A stretch of DNA of 64,000 nt from Caulobacteraceae bacterium (GTDB taxonomy: Bacteria > Pseudomonadota > Alphaproteobacteria > Caulobacterales > Caulobacteraceae): the NCBI GenBank assembly GCA_947475735.1, contig CANJLQ010000014.1, positions 51,751 to 115,750 of the forward strand, given 5' to 3'. Of the stretch, positions 9,236 through 19,080 are shown one piece after another (the stretch's first letter is position 1; each line of letters starts with the position of its first letter). A model generated the notes under the pieces. It did no database searches. It saw only the letters and a program-made list of their open reading frames with translations, and was not told the origin of the DNA. A program made the translations under genes and the position numbers.

Positions 9236-9571
9236 GTGATGATCGCCGCGGCGCTCATTTTGAACGTGGTGGTTCTGGTACCGGTCTGTTTCGGGCTTCT
9301 GACTTCGGCGGGATGGACGGCACCGGCCTATGGGCCGGCAGCGCCGGCGCGGGGTATCCTGCTGTCGATCTACTTGGCGATCCTGGGCGGTTCAGCGGCC
9401 CTGCTGATGGTCGATCGGTCCGAAATGGCGGTCGCCCTGCTGGCGGTGCAGGTCGTCTACAAGGTGACGACGCCCTTCACCGTGGGATCGCTTCGCAATC
9501 CGGTCGTGGTCAGCAATCTGCTCATCGCGGCCTTTCACACAGCGGCGATCGGGTCCGTCTGGGCGGTCTGA
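9236..9571 (+). CDS. Small integral membrane protein, unknown function
   Basis: 111 aa with about 3 hydrophobic helices. GAGAGGGA lies just upstream of the GTG start. Confidence 0.5.
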   Translation: MMIAAALILNVVVLVPVCFGLLTSAGWTAPAYGPAAPARGILLSIYLAILGGSAALLMVDRSEMAVALLAVQVVYKVTTPFTVGSLRNPVVVSNLLIAAFHTAAIGSVWAV

Positions 9572-9590
9572 CCCGACAAACGGGGCAGCC

Positions 9591-10070
9591 TCAGCCCCTC
9601 GCCGCCGATTCCAGCGCGGCCATGTCCAGCCGCTTCATCTCCATCATCGCCTCGAACACGCGTGTGCGCACCGCCGCGTCGGGATGGTTCATCAGGGCGA
9701 TGAAGGGTTTGGGCACCAGCTGCCAGCTCAGGCCATAGCGGTCCTTCAGCCATCCGCACTGCTCGGCCTCAGGTACCGCGGACAAGGCAGCGTAAAGGCG
9801 GTCCATCGCGGCCTGGTCCTCGATCTCGATCTGCAGCGAGATCGCCTCGTTGAACTTGAAGAAGGGCCCGCCGTTCAGCGCCGTGAATCGTGTACCGCCC
9901 AAGGAGAATTCGACCATCAGCACGGCCCCGGCCTTGCCGGCGGGATAGTCGCCGGGCGCGCGCTGCACCGCGTCAATGCGCGAGTTCGGGATGACCGAAA
10001 CGTAGAATTCCGCAGCCTCCTCGGCCTGGGTGTCGAACCACAGGCAGGGGGTGATGAGTGAGGTGGTCAT
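9591..10070 (-). CDS. VOC-superfamily / PhnB-like protein (3-demethylubiquinone-9 methyltransferase-domain type)
   Basis: N-terminus ITPCLWFDTQAEEAAEFYVSVIPNSRI and C-terminus LKDRYGLSWQLVP are hallmark motifs of this family. Confidence 0.8.
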   Translation of the reverse strand: MTTSLITPCLWFDTQAEEAAEFYVSVIPNSRIDAVQRAPGDYPAGKAGAVLMVEFSLGGTRFTALNGGPFFKFNEAISLQIEIEDQAAMDRLYAALSAVPEAEQCGWLKDRYGLSWQLVPKPFIALMNHPDAAVRTRVFEAMMEMKRLDMAALESAARG

Positions 10071-10175
10071 GGGGTGCTTCCTCTATGGAACCACTGCCTA
10101 CTGTATATAACCGAACGGTTAAACGCAACCCTGTCACACTCTTCACCCAGGCGCCCCAATCCCGCCCCAATCCGC

Positions 10176-10202
10176 TACAAATGTAACGCTACATATGTAG
10201 CG
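10176..10202. promoter_or_regulatory. Two adjacent BlaI/MecI-type operators (TACA-N2-TGTA dyads)
   Basis: TACAAATGTA at 10176-10185, and the perfect 16-bp palindrome CGCTACATATGTAGCG at 10187-10202, which ends 9 nt before the blaI-like ATG (10212). TACA/TGTA dyads are the known BlaI/MecI operator core. Confidence 0.6.
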
Positions 10203-10211
10203 GAGAGTGGG

Positions 10212-10586
10212 ATGATCGAGGGGTTACCCAGGCGAGAGCGCGAGGTCTTCGAGGTTCTCTGTGGTCAGGGGGAGGCGACGGCGGCGTCGGTTCGCGCCGC
10301 CCTGTCCGATCCGCTCAGCGACTCGGCCGTCCGCACCCTTCTGAGGCGGCTGGACGAGAGGGGGCTGGTGGCCCGTGACAGCGGCCCGGACGGCTTTGTC
10401 TACCGGCCCGTGCCGCGCGCCGCGACCGTCGCGGCAGGGGCGCTGCGGCGGATGGTCGATACCTTCTTCGCAGGCTCCGCCGCCGGCGCCGCCACGGCCC
10501 TTCTGGGCATGAGCGGACCGTTGAAGCCCGACGAGATCAAGGCCCTCGAAGCCCTTCTCGACGCCGCGAAGGAGGCGGAGCAGTGA
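10212..10586 (+). CDS. BlaI/MecI/CopY-family transcriptional repressor
   Basis: Winged-helix pattern MIEGLPRREREVFEVLCGQGEATAASVRAAL..SAVRTLLRRLDERGLV. Start/stop overlap with the downstream M56 peptidase gene. Confidence 0.85.
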   Translation: MIEGLPRREREVFEVLCGQGEATAASVRAALSDPLSDSAVRTLLRRLDERGLVARDSGPDGFVYRPVPRAATVAAGALRRMVDTFFAGSAAGAATALLGMSGPLKPDEIKALEALLDAAKEAEQ

Positions 10587-12280
10587 CCGCCCTTTTGATC
10601 GCGCTCCTCGTCAAGTCCGCCCTGATCGCGGGCGCTGGCCTGACGCTTTCGACGCTGGTCGCGCGTCGGGCGCTGGACCGGGCCGACATCCTGCGGGCCA
10701 CTGTGGTCCTTCTGCTGGTCCTGCCGCTCTTGATGGCCTTCGGGCCGGCCCTTCGCCTCGCGCTGCTGCCGCCGATCGAGATCGCCGCCGCCGCGCAGCT
10801 TCCGCTGTGGAGCGGCACGGTCCGGGCGACCGATCAGCTCAGCTTGTCCGGCTCGGTGTTCGCGCCGTCCGTGTCCGAGAGTCTCGCTGTGGCCTGGTCG
10901 CTGGGCGCCGTTCTGGTCGCCGGGCGGTTCGCCCTCGGCATCTGGACCCTGATGCGGTGGACCGCCGCCGCGCGTCCGATCGAGGCCGCCGCCTGGACCC
11001 AGGCCCTGACCCGTCACGTCCGAAGCGGTCGTCGTCCCATCCTGCGCGCCAGCGACCGCGCGCCGGGTCCGCTCAGCTGGGGTCTTCCACCCGGGGTGGT
11101 CCTTCTGGATCAGGCGACCCTGGCCCGGCCCGACACCGCCCCGGCGGTCATGGCACACGAGACGGCCCACCTCAGGCGGCCGGACTGGCTGTTCCTGGTC
11201 TTGTCCCGCCTCGCCGTGGCCGTGTTCTGGTTCAACCCGCTCGTCTGGGTCCTGCACCGCGCGCTCATCGACCGGTCCGAGGAGGCCGCTGACGCCGTCG
11301 CCCTCGCTCAGGTCGACCGCCAGACCTACGCCCGCGCTCTTGTGGGTCTCGCCGCCCGCGCCTCGACCACCCCGCTCGCCGCCACCGCCATGGCCGCCCC
11401 TGGCCCCGCCCTCAAGCAAAGGATCGCCCGCATCATGTCCGACACGCCCACCCGCCGCCGTCCCGCGGTGATCGTCGCCGCCGTCGCCGGCCTCGTCGCC
11501 GTCGCCACGCCCATCGCCGCCCTGGAACTGGCCAGCCGCACGCCCCGTCCTTCCTTCGCGGCCCTGGCGCCCATGGCCCCGACCAAGACCCAGATCGCCG
11601 ACCTGCCCGCGCCTCCCGCCCCGCCCGCGCCTCCGGCCCCTCCGGCTCCGATGATCGGCGAGGCTCCGCCGGCACCGCCTTCACCCCCGGCACCCCCCGT
11701 GCCGCCTGCTCCGCCCATCGACGGTCGAGGCACCTACATCTATCGGAGCAGCCAGGGCTGGGACCAGGCTGCGCGCGAAGAGGCCTACCGCGCGCGTCAG
11801 GCCGCCCATGAGGCCAGCCAGCAGGCGCGACAGGTCGCCGCCGAAGTCCGCCAGCAGGCCGCACAGGCCCGCGCCGAGGCTCGTCGGCATGCGGATCAGG
11901 TCCGTCTCGAAGCGGACCGGGATCGCCGCACGGCTGACGCCGTGCGCGTCTCAGCCGACGCCGCCCGCGTCGCCGGCGAACGCGCCCGCGCTCGCGCACA
12001 GGTCGCGGTCCGGGGCGCCGAGCAGGCCGTGCGCCAGGCGCGCGTGAGCATGCGTGAGGGGGCCGAGACCATGCGGCGCGGCGCCGACGAGATGCGTCAG
12101 GAAGGCCGCCGCCTCGCCGACCCCGCCTATCGCGCGCGCCAGATCGAGGAGAACCGTGTGCGCGGCCACACCGTCACCGACGCCGAACTGCGCGCTTTGG
12201 GACCCCGGCTGATCGCTCAGGCCGCCGACCTCGAGGCCCAGGCCGATCGCCTCGCGGCGCAGGCCTCGGACGCGGGCTGA
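10583..12280 (+). CDS. M56-family (BlaR1-like) membrane metallopeptidase/signal transducer with atypical Pro-rich plus coiled-coil C-terminal region
   Basis: Four N-terminal TM helices and the zinc motif HETAHLRRPDW. Instead of a penicillin-binding sensor domain, the C-terminal half is APPAPPAPPAPP.. followed by about 170 aa rich in A/R/Q/E heptad-like sequence. Confidence 0.8.
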   Translation: MTALLIALLVKSALIAGAGLTLSTLVARRALDRADILRATVVLLLVLPLLMAFGPALRLALLPPIEIAAAAQLPLWSGTVRATDQLSLSGSVFAPSVSESLAVAWSLGAVLVAGRFALGIWTLMRWTAAARPIEAAAWTQALTRHVRSGRRPILRASDRAPGPLSWGLPPGVVLLDQATLARPDTAPAVMAHETAHLRRPDWLFLVLSRLAVAVFWFNPLVWVLHRALIDRSEEAADAVALAQVDRQTYARALVGLAARASTTPLAATAMAAPGPALKQRIARIMSDTPTRRRPAVIVAAVAGLVAVATPIAALELASRTPRPSFAALAPMAPTKTQIADLPAPPAPPAPPAPPAPMIGEAPPAPPSPPAPPVPPAPPIDGRGTYIYRSSQGWDQAAREEAYRARQAAHEASQQARQVAAEVRQQAAQARAEARRHADQVRLEADRDRRTADAVRVSADAARVAGERARARAQVAVRGAEQAVRQARVSMREGAETMRRGADEMRQEGRRLADPAYRARQIEENRVRGHTVTDAELRALGPRLIAQAADLEAQADRLAAQASDAG

Positions 12281-12286
12281 CCCGGC

Positions 12287-13048
12287 TCAGCGGCCCTCGA
12301 GGAGCGCCACTCGCTCCTCGGGGGTCAGCCGCCGCCAGCGGCCTTCGGGCACGCCGTCCAGCCGGATCGGCCCGATCCGCACCCGCATCAGGTCGGTGAC
12401 CTCAAGGTCCACCCGCTCGCACATCCGCCGGATCTGGCGGTTGCGCCCCTCGGTCAGGACGAAGCGCAGGCGATTCTGCTCCATGCGCGTGACCTTGGCC
12501 CGCTTCAGCTGACGCCCATCCAGCATGATGCCGAACCGCAGCGTCGCCAGCTTCTTCTCGGTCACGTCGCCCGCGACCCGGACAACATATTCCTTGTCCA
12601 GCGTCGACGCCGGCCCGATCACGGCCTTGGCCACCACGCCGTCTGACGACAGCAGCAGCAGCCCGCGAGAATCCTCGTCCAGCCGGCCGATGGGGGGCAG
12701 GGAGGCGTCGGCCGCGGGGACCTCGCCCTCGCCGAGCCGGTTTTCGGCCGTCAGCAGTCGCACGGCGGGGATCTTGCCGGGCTCGGGCTGGCCCGAGACG
12801 TAGCCCACCGGCTTGTTCATCACGATGGTGACGCCCTCGGCCAAAGCGGCTTCGGCCCGGTCGGCCAGCGTCAGGGTCTGCCCGGGCTCGAGCTTCCGCC
12901 CCGCGTCCGTGACCACCTCGCCGTCGATGGAGACCAGGCCGTCGGCGATCAGGGCATCGGCCTCGCGCCGCGAGCAGACCCCGGTCTGGCCCAGCCATTT
13001 GTTGATCCGGACCGGCTCGGGGCCGTCATACAGGCGGGCGAAGGCCAA
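12287..13048 (-). CDS. rRNA pseudouridine synthase (RsuA/RluB/RluF family)
   Basis: S4 domain [33 protein letters not shown] and catalytic motif [19 protein letters not shown]. Confidence 0.88.
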   Translation of the reverse strand: MAFARLYDGPEPVRINKWLGQTGVCSRREADALIADGLVSIDGEVVTDAGRKLEPGQTLTLADRAEAALAEGVTIVMNKPVGYVSGQPEPGKIPAVRLLTAENRLGEGEVPAADASLPPIGRLDEDSRGLLLLSSDGVVAKAVIGPASTLDKEYVVRVAGDVTEKKLATLRFGIMLDGRQLKRAKVTRMEQNRLRFVLTEGRNRQIRRMCERVDLEVTDLMRVRIGPIRLDGVPEGRWRRLTPEERVALLEGR

Positions 13049-13054
13049 GGCGGA

Positions 13055-13555
13055 TCAGTCGGCCGGCAGGCTGGCCAGGGCGGCCAGCGCCGTCTCGTCG
13101 TCCTGGGCCGCGGTCACGCCAGATACGCCGATCGCGCCGACGATGCGACCCGCGACGACGATCGGGCGGCCGCCGGCGATGGGCAGGGCGTCCCCGTTGC
13201 CCAGGCTCACGATCCGGCCGCCCTGGACACGCTCTTCCATGGTCGCCGTCGGCAGACGATAGCGGGCCGCGGTCGTGGCCTTTCTCTGGGCGATCCCGAT
13301 GGAGCCATACTGGGTGTCGTCCAGCCGGGCGAAAGCCACCAGTTCGCCGGACGGCTCGACAACGGCGACGGCCACGCGCCACCCGTTCGCACGCCCGTGC
13401 TCCAGCGCCGCGTCAATCAGAGCCTGGGCCGTCTCCAACGACACAGGTGCGCCGTAGGCCGGGGCAGGCGCGGGCGGTAGGGCTGGCGCGGTCTGCGCCA
13501 GGGCAGCCGGCGCCGCCGAGGCGAGAGCAAGAGCAAGGATCAAGGCTTTCATGGT
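13055..13555 (-). CDS. Secreted GlcG/HbpS-like (DUF336) haem-binding-type protein
   Basis: Signal peptide [19 protein letters not shown]. Motifs [27 protein letters not shown] and GAIGVSGV are typical of DUF336. Confidence 0.75.
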   Translation of the reverse strand, partial: TMKALILALALASAAPAALAQTAPALPPAPAPAYGAPVSLETAQALIDAALEHGRANGWRVAVAVVEPSGELVAFARLDDTQYGSIGIAQRKATTAARYRLPTATMEERVQGGRIVSLGNGDALPIAGGRPIVVAGRIVGAIGVSGVTAAQDDETALAALASLPAD

Positions 13556-13566
13556 CGATCTCCGGA

Positions 13567-14208
13567 TCAGGTCACGCGGCGGAACAGAAGCATCAGATTG
13601 TTGGCCGGCATATCGACCCGCCGGGTCAGATGCAGCCCGTTCGCCCGGGCGCAGGCCACCACCGCGTCCCGGTCGCGCAGGCCCCAAGCCGGATCGCGGC
13701 TCTTCAGGCTGTCGTCGAAGGCGGCGTTGGAGGAGGCCAGCGGCACGTCCGCCTCGCGGAAGGGTCCATACAGCGCCAGCAGGCCGCCGGGATCTGGAAG
13801 CGTGCGCCCGGCTCCGACCATCAGGCCTTCGGTCGCTGCCCAGGGGCTGATGTGGATCATGTTGATGCAGACGATGGCCTGTACGTCCAGCGGCGGCCAG
13901 CCGTCCGGATCAGCGGCGTCCAGCGCCAGCGGCCGGTTCAGGTTCGACAGCGCCGCCTCGGCCGACCATGCGGCGATGCTGGCCCGCGCCTCGGCCGACG
14001 GGTCGCTGGGGGTCCAGGTCGTGCGGGGCAGGGCACGGGCGAAGGCGACGGCATGCTCGCCCGAGCCCGAGGCGATCTCGAGCACCCGGCCCGCCGCAGG
14101 CAGATGGGCGCGCAGGACGTCGAGTATCGCCTCGGTGTTCCGCGCCACGGCGGGCGAGGCCAAGGCACCGGGCGGGGCACCCGTCTGGATAGGATCGAGG
14201 GTCTGCAC
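13567..14208 (-). CDS. DUF938-family class I SAM-dependent methyltransferase-like protein
   Basis: [19 protein letters not shown]-binding loop, NMIHISPW motif, YGPF..D..SN..FD.SL; typical of DUF938. Confidence 0.75.
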   Translation of the reverse strand: MQTLDPIQTGAPPGALASPAVARNTEAILDVLRAHLPAAGRVLEIASGSGEHAVAFARALPRTTWTPSDPSAEARASIAAWSAEAALSNLNRPLALDAADPDGWPPLDVQAIVCINMIHISPWAATEGLMVGAGRTLPDPGGLLALYGPFREADVPLASSNAAFDDSLKSRDPAWGLRDRDAVVACARANGLHLTRRVDMPANNLMLLFRRVT

Positions 14209-14424
14209 GGGTCCGGGATACAGCGCCTTCCACCTGTGTGCGACTGGATTCCGCTGTCTCGGTCCGGGGCGATCGCTTCCCTGAGGTCAAATCTTGCGTC
14301 GGTTGACGTCGGGGCGGCCGGGGTGTCATTGCGCCTGAAACAGGCCGTGAGGCGCTGTTACAATTCAGGAAGATTGCCACGGCGGGCGTCAGATCGGCCG
14401 GGCGGGACGTTCAGGAGCGAGTGC

Positions 14425-16281
14425 GTGCAATCCAACTCCATCGTACCGGGCCTCAAGCCCGCGCCGACCCGTCACGCCGGGCTGATCGCCTGGGTCGAGC
14501 AGATCGCGGCCCTCACCAAACCTGCGCGGGTCCACTGGTGCGATGGCTCAGAAGTCGAGAAGGCCGCCATCGTCGCCGACCTGATCGACAAAGGCACGCT
14601 GCGGGCGCTCGACGCCGACAAGCGTCCCGGCAGCTACTACGCCGCCTCCGACCCGAAGGACGTCGCCCGCGTCGAGAGCCGCACCTTCATCTGCTCCGAG
14701 GACGAGATCGACGCCGGCCCGACCAACAACTGGGCCGATCCCATCGAGATGCGCGAGCGGCTGGGCGGGCTGTTCGACGGCTGCATGGCGGGCCGGACGA
14801 TGTATGTCGTGCCCTTCTCCATGGGCCCGATCGGATCGACGATCAGCGCGCTGGGCGTCGAGATCACCGACAGCGGCTACGTCGCCGTCTCCATGGGCAT
14901 CATGACCCGGATGGGGTCGGCGGCGCTGGAAGCGTTGGGCGATGACGGTGTCTTCGTCCCTTGCGTTCACACCCTGGGCGCGCCCTTGGCCGAGGGGCAG
15001 GCCGACGTGGCCTGGCCGTGCAACGAGGAGAAGTGGATCGTCCACTTCCCCGAGACGCGCGAGATCTGGTCCTATGGCTCCGGCTATGGCGGCAACGCCC
15101 TGCTGGGTAAGAAATGCTACGCGTTGAGGATCGCCTCGGTCATGGCCCGTGACGAGGGCTGGCTGGCCGAGCATATGCTGATCCTGAAACTCACCAGCCC
15201 TCAGGGCCGGGTGAAATACATGGCCGCCGCCTTCCCCTCAGCCTGCGGAAAGACCAACCTGGCCATGCTCCAGCCCAGCCTGCCGGGCTGGAAAGCCGAG
15301 ACGGTCGGCGACGACATCGCCTGGATGCGCTTCGGCGACGACGGCCGCCTGTACGCCGTGAACCCCGAGGCGGGCTTCTTCGGCGTGGCGCCGGGCACGA
15401 GCCGGAACACCAACCAGAACGCGCTGGAGACCCTCAGCCGCAACACCGTCTTCACCAACACCGCCCTGACCGCCGACGGCGACGTCTGGTGGGAGGGTCT
15501 GAGCAAGACGCCTCCCGAAGGCCTGACCAACTGGAAGGGTCAGTCGCACGACCCGGCCTCGGGCGAGCCCGCCGCCCACCCGAATGCCCGCTTCGCCGCC
15601 CCCGCCGGCCAGTGCCCGACCATCGCGCCGGAGTGGGAAGACCCCAAGGGCGTGCCGATCGACGCCATCCTGTTCGGCGGTCGCCGCGCCTCGGCTGTGC
15701 CTCTCGTGACTGAGGCCTTCGACTGGGAACACGGCGTCTTCATGGGCTCGACCGTGGCGTCCGAGGGCACGGCGGCGGCCGAGAACGCCATCGGCGAACT
15801 GCGCCGCGATCCCTTCGCCATGCTGCCGTTCTGCGGCTACAACATGGGGGACTATTTCGCCCACTGGCTGGCGCTCGGCGATCAGGCCGATGCCGCCGAT
15901 CTGCCCCGCATCTTCTTCGTCAACTGGTTCAGGAAGGATGACCAAGGTCGGTTCGTCTGGCCGGGCTTCGGCGAGAACGCGCGGGTTCTGAAGTGGATCG
16001 CCGAACGCATCGACGGCGAGGCCGAGGCTCTCGACACCCCCGTCGGTCGCGTCCCGACGCGCGAGGCCCTGGACCTCGACGGCCTCGACCTGACCGCCGC
16101 CCAGCTCTCGACCCTGCTCGAGGTAGACGCCGACGTCTGGTCCGAGGAGGCTGCTCTGATCCCCGACTTCTACGCCCAGTTTGGCGACCGTCTGCCCGAG
16201 CGCCTGTGGTCCCAGCATGCCGCCCTCACCGGCCGCCTCGCCGCCGTACGCTGCGAACCCACGGTGCTGGCGGCGGAGTAG
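14425..16281 (+). CDS. pckG: Phosphoenolpyruvate carboxykinase (GTP)
   Basis: Diagnostic motifs: [34 protein letters not shown] and others. Start set at GTG 14425 (VQSNSIVPG). The upstream part of the 944-aa ORF overlaps the opposite-strand DUF938 gene and is compositional shadow. Confidence 0.93.
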   Translation: MQSNSIVPGLKPAPTRHAGLIAWVEQIAALTKPARVHWCDGSEVEKAAIVADLIDKGTLRALDADKRPGSYYAASDPKDVARVESRTFICSEDEIDAGPTNNWADPIEMRERLGGLFDGCMAGRTMYVVPFSMGPIGSTISALGVEITDSGYVAVSMGIMTRMGSAALEALGDDGVFVPCVHTLGAPLAEGQADVAWPCNEEKWIVHFPETREIWSYGSGYGGNALLGKKCYALRIASVMARDEGWLAEHMLILKLTSPQGRVKYMAAAFPSACGKTNLAMLQPSLPGWKAETVGDDIAWMRFGDDGRLYAVNPEAGFFGVAPGTSRNTNQNALETLSRNTVFTNTALTADGDVWWEGLSKTPPEGLTNWKGQSHDPASGEPAAHPNARFAAPAGQCPTIAPEWEDPKGVPIDAILFGGRRASAVPLVTEAFDWEHGVFMGSTVASEGTAAAENAIGELRRDPFAMLPFCGYNMGDYFAHWLALGDQADAADLPRIFFVNWFRKDDQGRFVWPGFGENARVLKWIAERIDGEAEALDTPVGRVPTREALDLDGLDLTAAQLSTLLEVDADVWSEEAALIPDFYAQFGDRLPERLWSQHAALTGRLAAVRCEPTVLAAE

Positions 16282-16329
16282 ACGCCTTCCCGGCTTGCAA
16301 AGCCCGTCCACCCGGTCGAAGGACCGGCC

Positions 16330-17352
16330 GTGGCCGAGCTCTCTTGCGATATTGTCATCCTCGGCGCGGGCGTGCTGGGCCTAGCCGTCGCGACGGAGCT
16401 TGCTGCGCGCGGCGCCGACGTTCGCGTCATCGACCCGGGCGATCCGAACGCCTCGGCCGTCGCCGCCGGAATGATCGCCCCCGCCTTCGAGAGCCTGCTG
16501 GACGGCGCCGATGCCGCCCGCGCCGCTTTGCTGCGTGACGCCGCCGCCCTGTGGCCCGACGTCGCGGCGGCGCGCGGCCTGAGCCTCGACAGCACGCCCG
16601 CCCAGTGGCGAGGCCCCGATCGCGAGGGCATCACCGACCGCCTGCGTGCCCTCGGCTTCCGGGCTGACCTGTCCAGCGAAGGCGTCTCCGCGCCCGACGA
16701 CATCCGCATCGACCCGGCCGAGGCACTGGTTCGTCTCCGCGACCGCCTCGGTGACCGGCCGTCTCCCGCCTCCGCGACCGCCGTCGAACAGGTTGCCGAC
16801 GGGTGGCTCGTCCACACGACCGCGGGCCGAGCGCGCTGTCGAACATTCGTCCTCGCCACTGGCGCGACCGCGCCGCTGCTGAGCCTTCCCCCGCCCGCCG
16901 CCAGCGTAGCCTCAGTCGTGCGCCCCATCGCCGGCCAGATCGGTTTCGTCGCTCGCCCCCTGACCGACCGCGTCCTGCGAGGATCTGACGGCTACGTCGT
17001 TCCCGCCGGGCAGGGGACGCTGATCGGCGCGACGATGGTCGAAGGACAGGCACCGGCCGAGGTCGACCCTGCCGCCTCCGCCCGCCTGATCGCGATGGCA
17101 GCGACCTTGCTTGGCCACTCCATCGACGCGCCGGTGAACTGGCGCGCCGCCGTCAGGGGCGCGACGCCCGACGGCCTGCCTCTGGCCGGGCCGGCGGGGG
17201 AGGGCGTTCACCTTGCCCTCGCCCCCCGCCGCAACGGCTGGCTGATGGCCCCGCTGGTCGCCCGCATGGTCGCCAACGGGATCGAGGGACGGCCGCGCGG
17301 AGCCCATGCCGCCGCCCTCGACCCGCTCAGGTTCACTCGTCCGGAAGATTGA
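16330..17352 (+). CDS. FAD-dependent oxidoreductase (glycine oxidase ThiO / DAO family)
   Basis: Rossmann motif [29 protein letters not shown]. Size about 340 aa. Confidence 0.75.
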   Translation: MAELSCDIVILGAGVLGLAVATELAARGADVRVIDPGDPNASAVAAGMIAPAFESLLDGADAARAALLRDAAALWPDVAAARGLSLDSTPAQWRGPDREGITDRLRALGFRADLSSEGVSAPDDIRIDPAEALVRLRDRLGDRPSPASATAVEQVADGWLVHTTAGRARCRTFVLATGATAPLLSLPPPAASVASVVRPIAGQIGFVARPLTDRVLRGSDGYVVPAGQGTLIGATMVEGQAPAEVDPAASARLIAMAATLLGHSIDAPVNWRAAVRGATPDGLPLAGPAGEGVHLALAPRRNGWLMAPLVARMVANGIEGRPRGAHAAALDPLRFTRPED

Positions 17353-18079
17353 ACCGCAGGGCGATGGTCACTCGCGCCCCATCGACCGCTTGTCCGTCGA
17401 CGGTCTGAGGGCTCATCCGGAAGTAGCGGCTCAGCCCTTGGGCCGCCCGACCGAAGCCGTATCCTCCCGGCGTCTCCGACACCACGCCACAAGCCGAGAC
17501 CGTGCCATTGGCATTAACGGTGCAGCTCAGGCTCGCTGTGCCCTCGACCTCCCGATCGATCGCCCGGTCGGGATAGGCCCTCGCCAGCTGATCGCCGCTG
17601 GGCCGACTGATCCACTGGGGCGAGGTGATCACCGACGGCCCGCGCGGGGTCTCACCGACCGGATCGCCCGCCGTGCCGGTCGCGGGATCGGGCAAGACCT
17701 CGGTCGTCAGGTTCAGGATCGGGCCTGTGTTTCTGACCGCCGCATCGTTGACCACGGCGGTGATCGTGTCTGTCGACGGGGTCGGTCGCGGCGTGTCGTT
17801 CAGGCGCGGATTGGGGGCCGGAGGCGTCACGCTGGGTTCTGGCGGCCGGGGGCGAGGCGTCAGGGTGATCACGTCGAACGTCGGCGCGTCCGGCGTCTCC
17901 GCGACCGGAGCCAGCTCGAACCGCTGAGAGTAGAGCGCCGCTCCCAGCCCGACATGAGCCAGGGCCACCACGCCCACCGCGATCCATGTCGCGCGCGACA
18001 CCGGGCGCTTGCGCTCGCCATAGTCCATGGGGTGGGTCAACCGGGGCCCGCCCGCCGCTAGCATCATCATGGCCGTCAC
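17333..18079 (-). CDS. tonB: Energy transducer TonB-family protein
   Basis: N-terminal anchor helix, Pro-rich spacer ([17 protein letters not shown]), and a C-terminal TonB domain ([42 protein letters not shown]). Confidence 0.75.
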   Translation of the reverse strand: MTAMMMLAAGGPRLTHPMDYGERKRPVSRATWIAVGVVALAHVGLGAALYSQRFELAPVAETPDAPTFDVITLTPRPRPPEPSVTPPAPNPRLNDTPRPTPSTDTITAVVNDAAVRNTGPILNLTTEVLPDPATGTAGDPVGETPRGPSVITSPQWISRPSGDQLARAYPDRAIDREVEGTASLSCTVNANGTVSACGVVSETPGGYGFGRAAQGLSRYFRMSPQTVDGQAVDGARVTIALRFNLPDE

Positions 18080-18176
18080 TCCCTCTCTTCAGGCCCTCCC
18101 CAGCGCCCTTGACGGGAATGACGCGCTCGCCTCGTGGCGGGATTGCGGCGAACGGTCCAGCCGCCGTTAACGGACA

Positions 18177-18192
18177 TTAACGCTCGCTTAAC
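18177..18192. promoter_or_regulatory. CtrA-box-like site (TTAA-N7-TTAAC) upstream of the lytic transglycosylase gene
   Basis: TTAACGCTCGCTTAAC at 18177-18192, 24 nt upstream of the ATG at 18216. A third TTAA at 18167-18170 gives three half-sites at 10-11-bp phasing. Confidence 0.4.
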
Positions 18193-18215
18193 CACGTTCT
18201 CGCAGCCTCTGGCCC

Positions 18216-19019
18216 ATGACGGTCAGGGCGATTCCCGCATCCGGAGGTGTAGAGGCCGCGATCCGTCGCGCGTCCCACTCGACCGGCGTCGATTTCGACT
18301 TCTTGATGAAGACCGCTCGCCGCGAGAGCGCCTTCAACCCAAACGCCCGCGCCCCGACATCCTCCGCTTCCGGCCTGTTCCAGTTTATCGACCAGACCTG
18401 GCTGGCGACGGTGAAACAGCACGGGGCCAAGCACGGCTATGGCCAGTACGCCGACCTGATCCACCGGGGCACCGACGGCCGCTGGCGGGTCGAGGGCTCG
18501 GCGCGAAACGTCGTGCTGGATCTGCGCTTCGATCCCCAGGCCGCGTCGCTCATGGCCGGCGAGCTGACGGCTCAGAACGCCGCCTATCTGCGCGGACGCA
18601 CGGGTCGCGACCCCGGTGCGGGCGACCTGTATGCCGCCCATTTCCTCGGCCCGGCGGGGGCCGCGCGCATCATGGAGGCCATGGCGACCCGGCCGGGCGC
18701 CAGCGCCGTCGCCATGTTCCCCGAAGCCGCCTCGGCGAACCGCTCGATCTTTTACCGCAACGGCCGCCCGGCGACGGTGGCCGAGGTCCATGCCAATCTG
18801 CAGAGCACGGCGGGCGGTGCCGCGCCTGTCGTCGAGCCATCCACCACCGCCCCCCTGCTGGACGAGCGGGAGATGGCCATCGCCGCCCGGATGGACCGAC
18901 TGAAGCAGGATCAGAGCCTGCTGTCCTTGCTGCTCGGCCAGGACGGCGACGGCAAGTCTGGTGGCTTCGGCGGCGCCTTCGGACCCGAGCCAAAATCGTC
19001 GTCCGACGGCGCTTGGTAA
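18216..19019 (+). CDS. Lytic transglycosylase (SLT) domain protein
   Basis: SLT core FLMKTARRESAFNPNA..SSASGLFQFIDQTW with the catalytic E-S motif. Confidence 0.75.
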   Translation: MTVRAIPASGGVEAAIRRASHSTGVDFDFLMKTARRESAFNPNARAPTSSASGLFQFIDQTWLATVKQHGAKHGYGQYADLIHRGTDGRWRVEGSARNVVLDLRFDPQAASLMAGELTAQNAAYLRGRTGRDPGAGDLYAAHFLGPAGAARIMEAMATRPGASAVAMFPEAASANRSIFYRNGRPATVAEVHANLQSTAGGAAPVVEPSTTAPLLDEREMAIAARMDRLKQDQSLLSLLLGQDGDGKSGGFGGAFGPEPKSSSDGAW

Positions 19020-19080
19020 ACCGGGCGTTAAGCCTGACGGCTCACGCTCCGGCCCGACTCAGGAGATGCTCCGTCCCACC

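Noticed and set aside
11590-11720. Repetitive CCGCC/CCTCC-rich DNA
   Set aside because: This is the coding sequence for the PAPPAPP proline-rich linker of the M56 protein, not an independent repeat element.
13447-14424. N-terminal 326 codons of the 944-aa ORF that contains pckG
   Set aside because: The extension overlaps the opposite-strand DUF938 and GlcG-like genes and is compositional shadow. PEPCK homology begins at the GTG at 14425.
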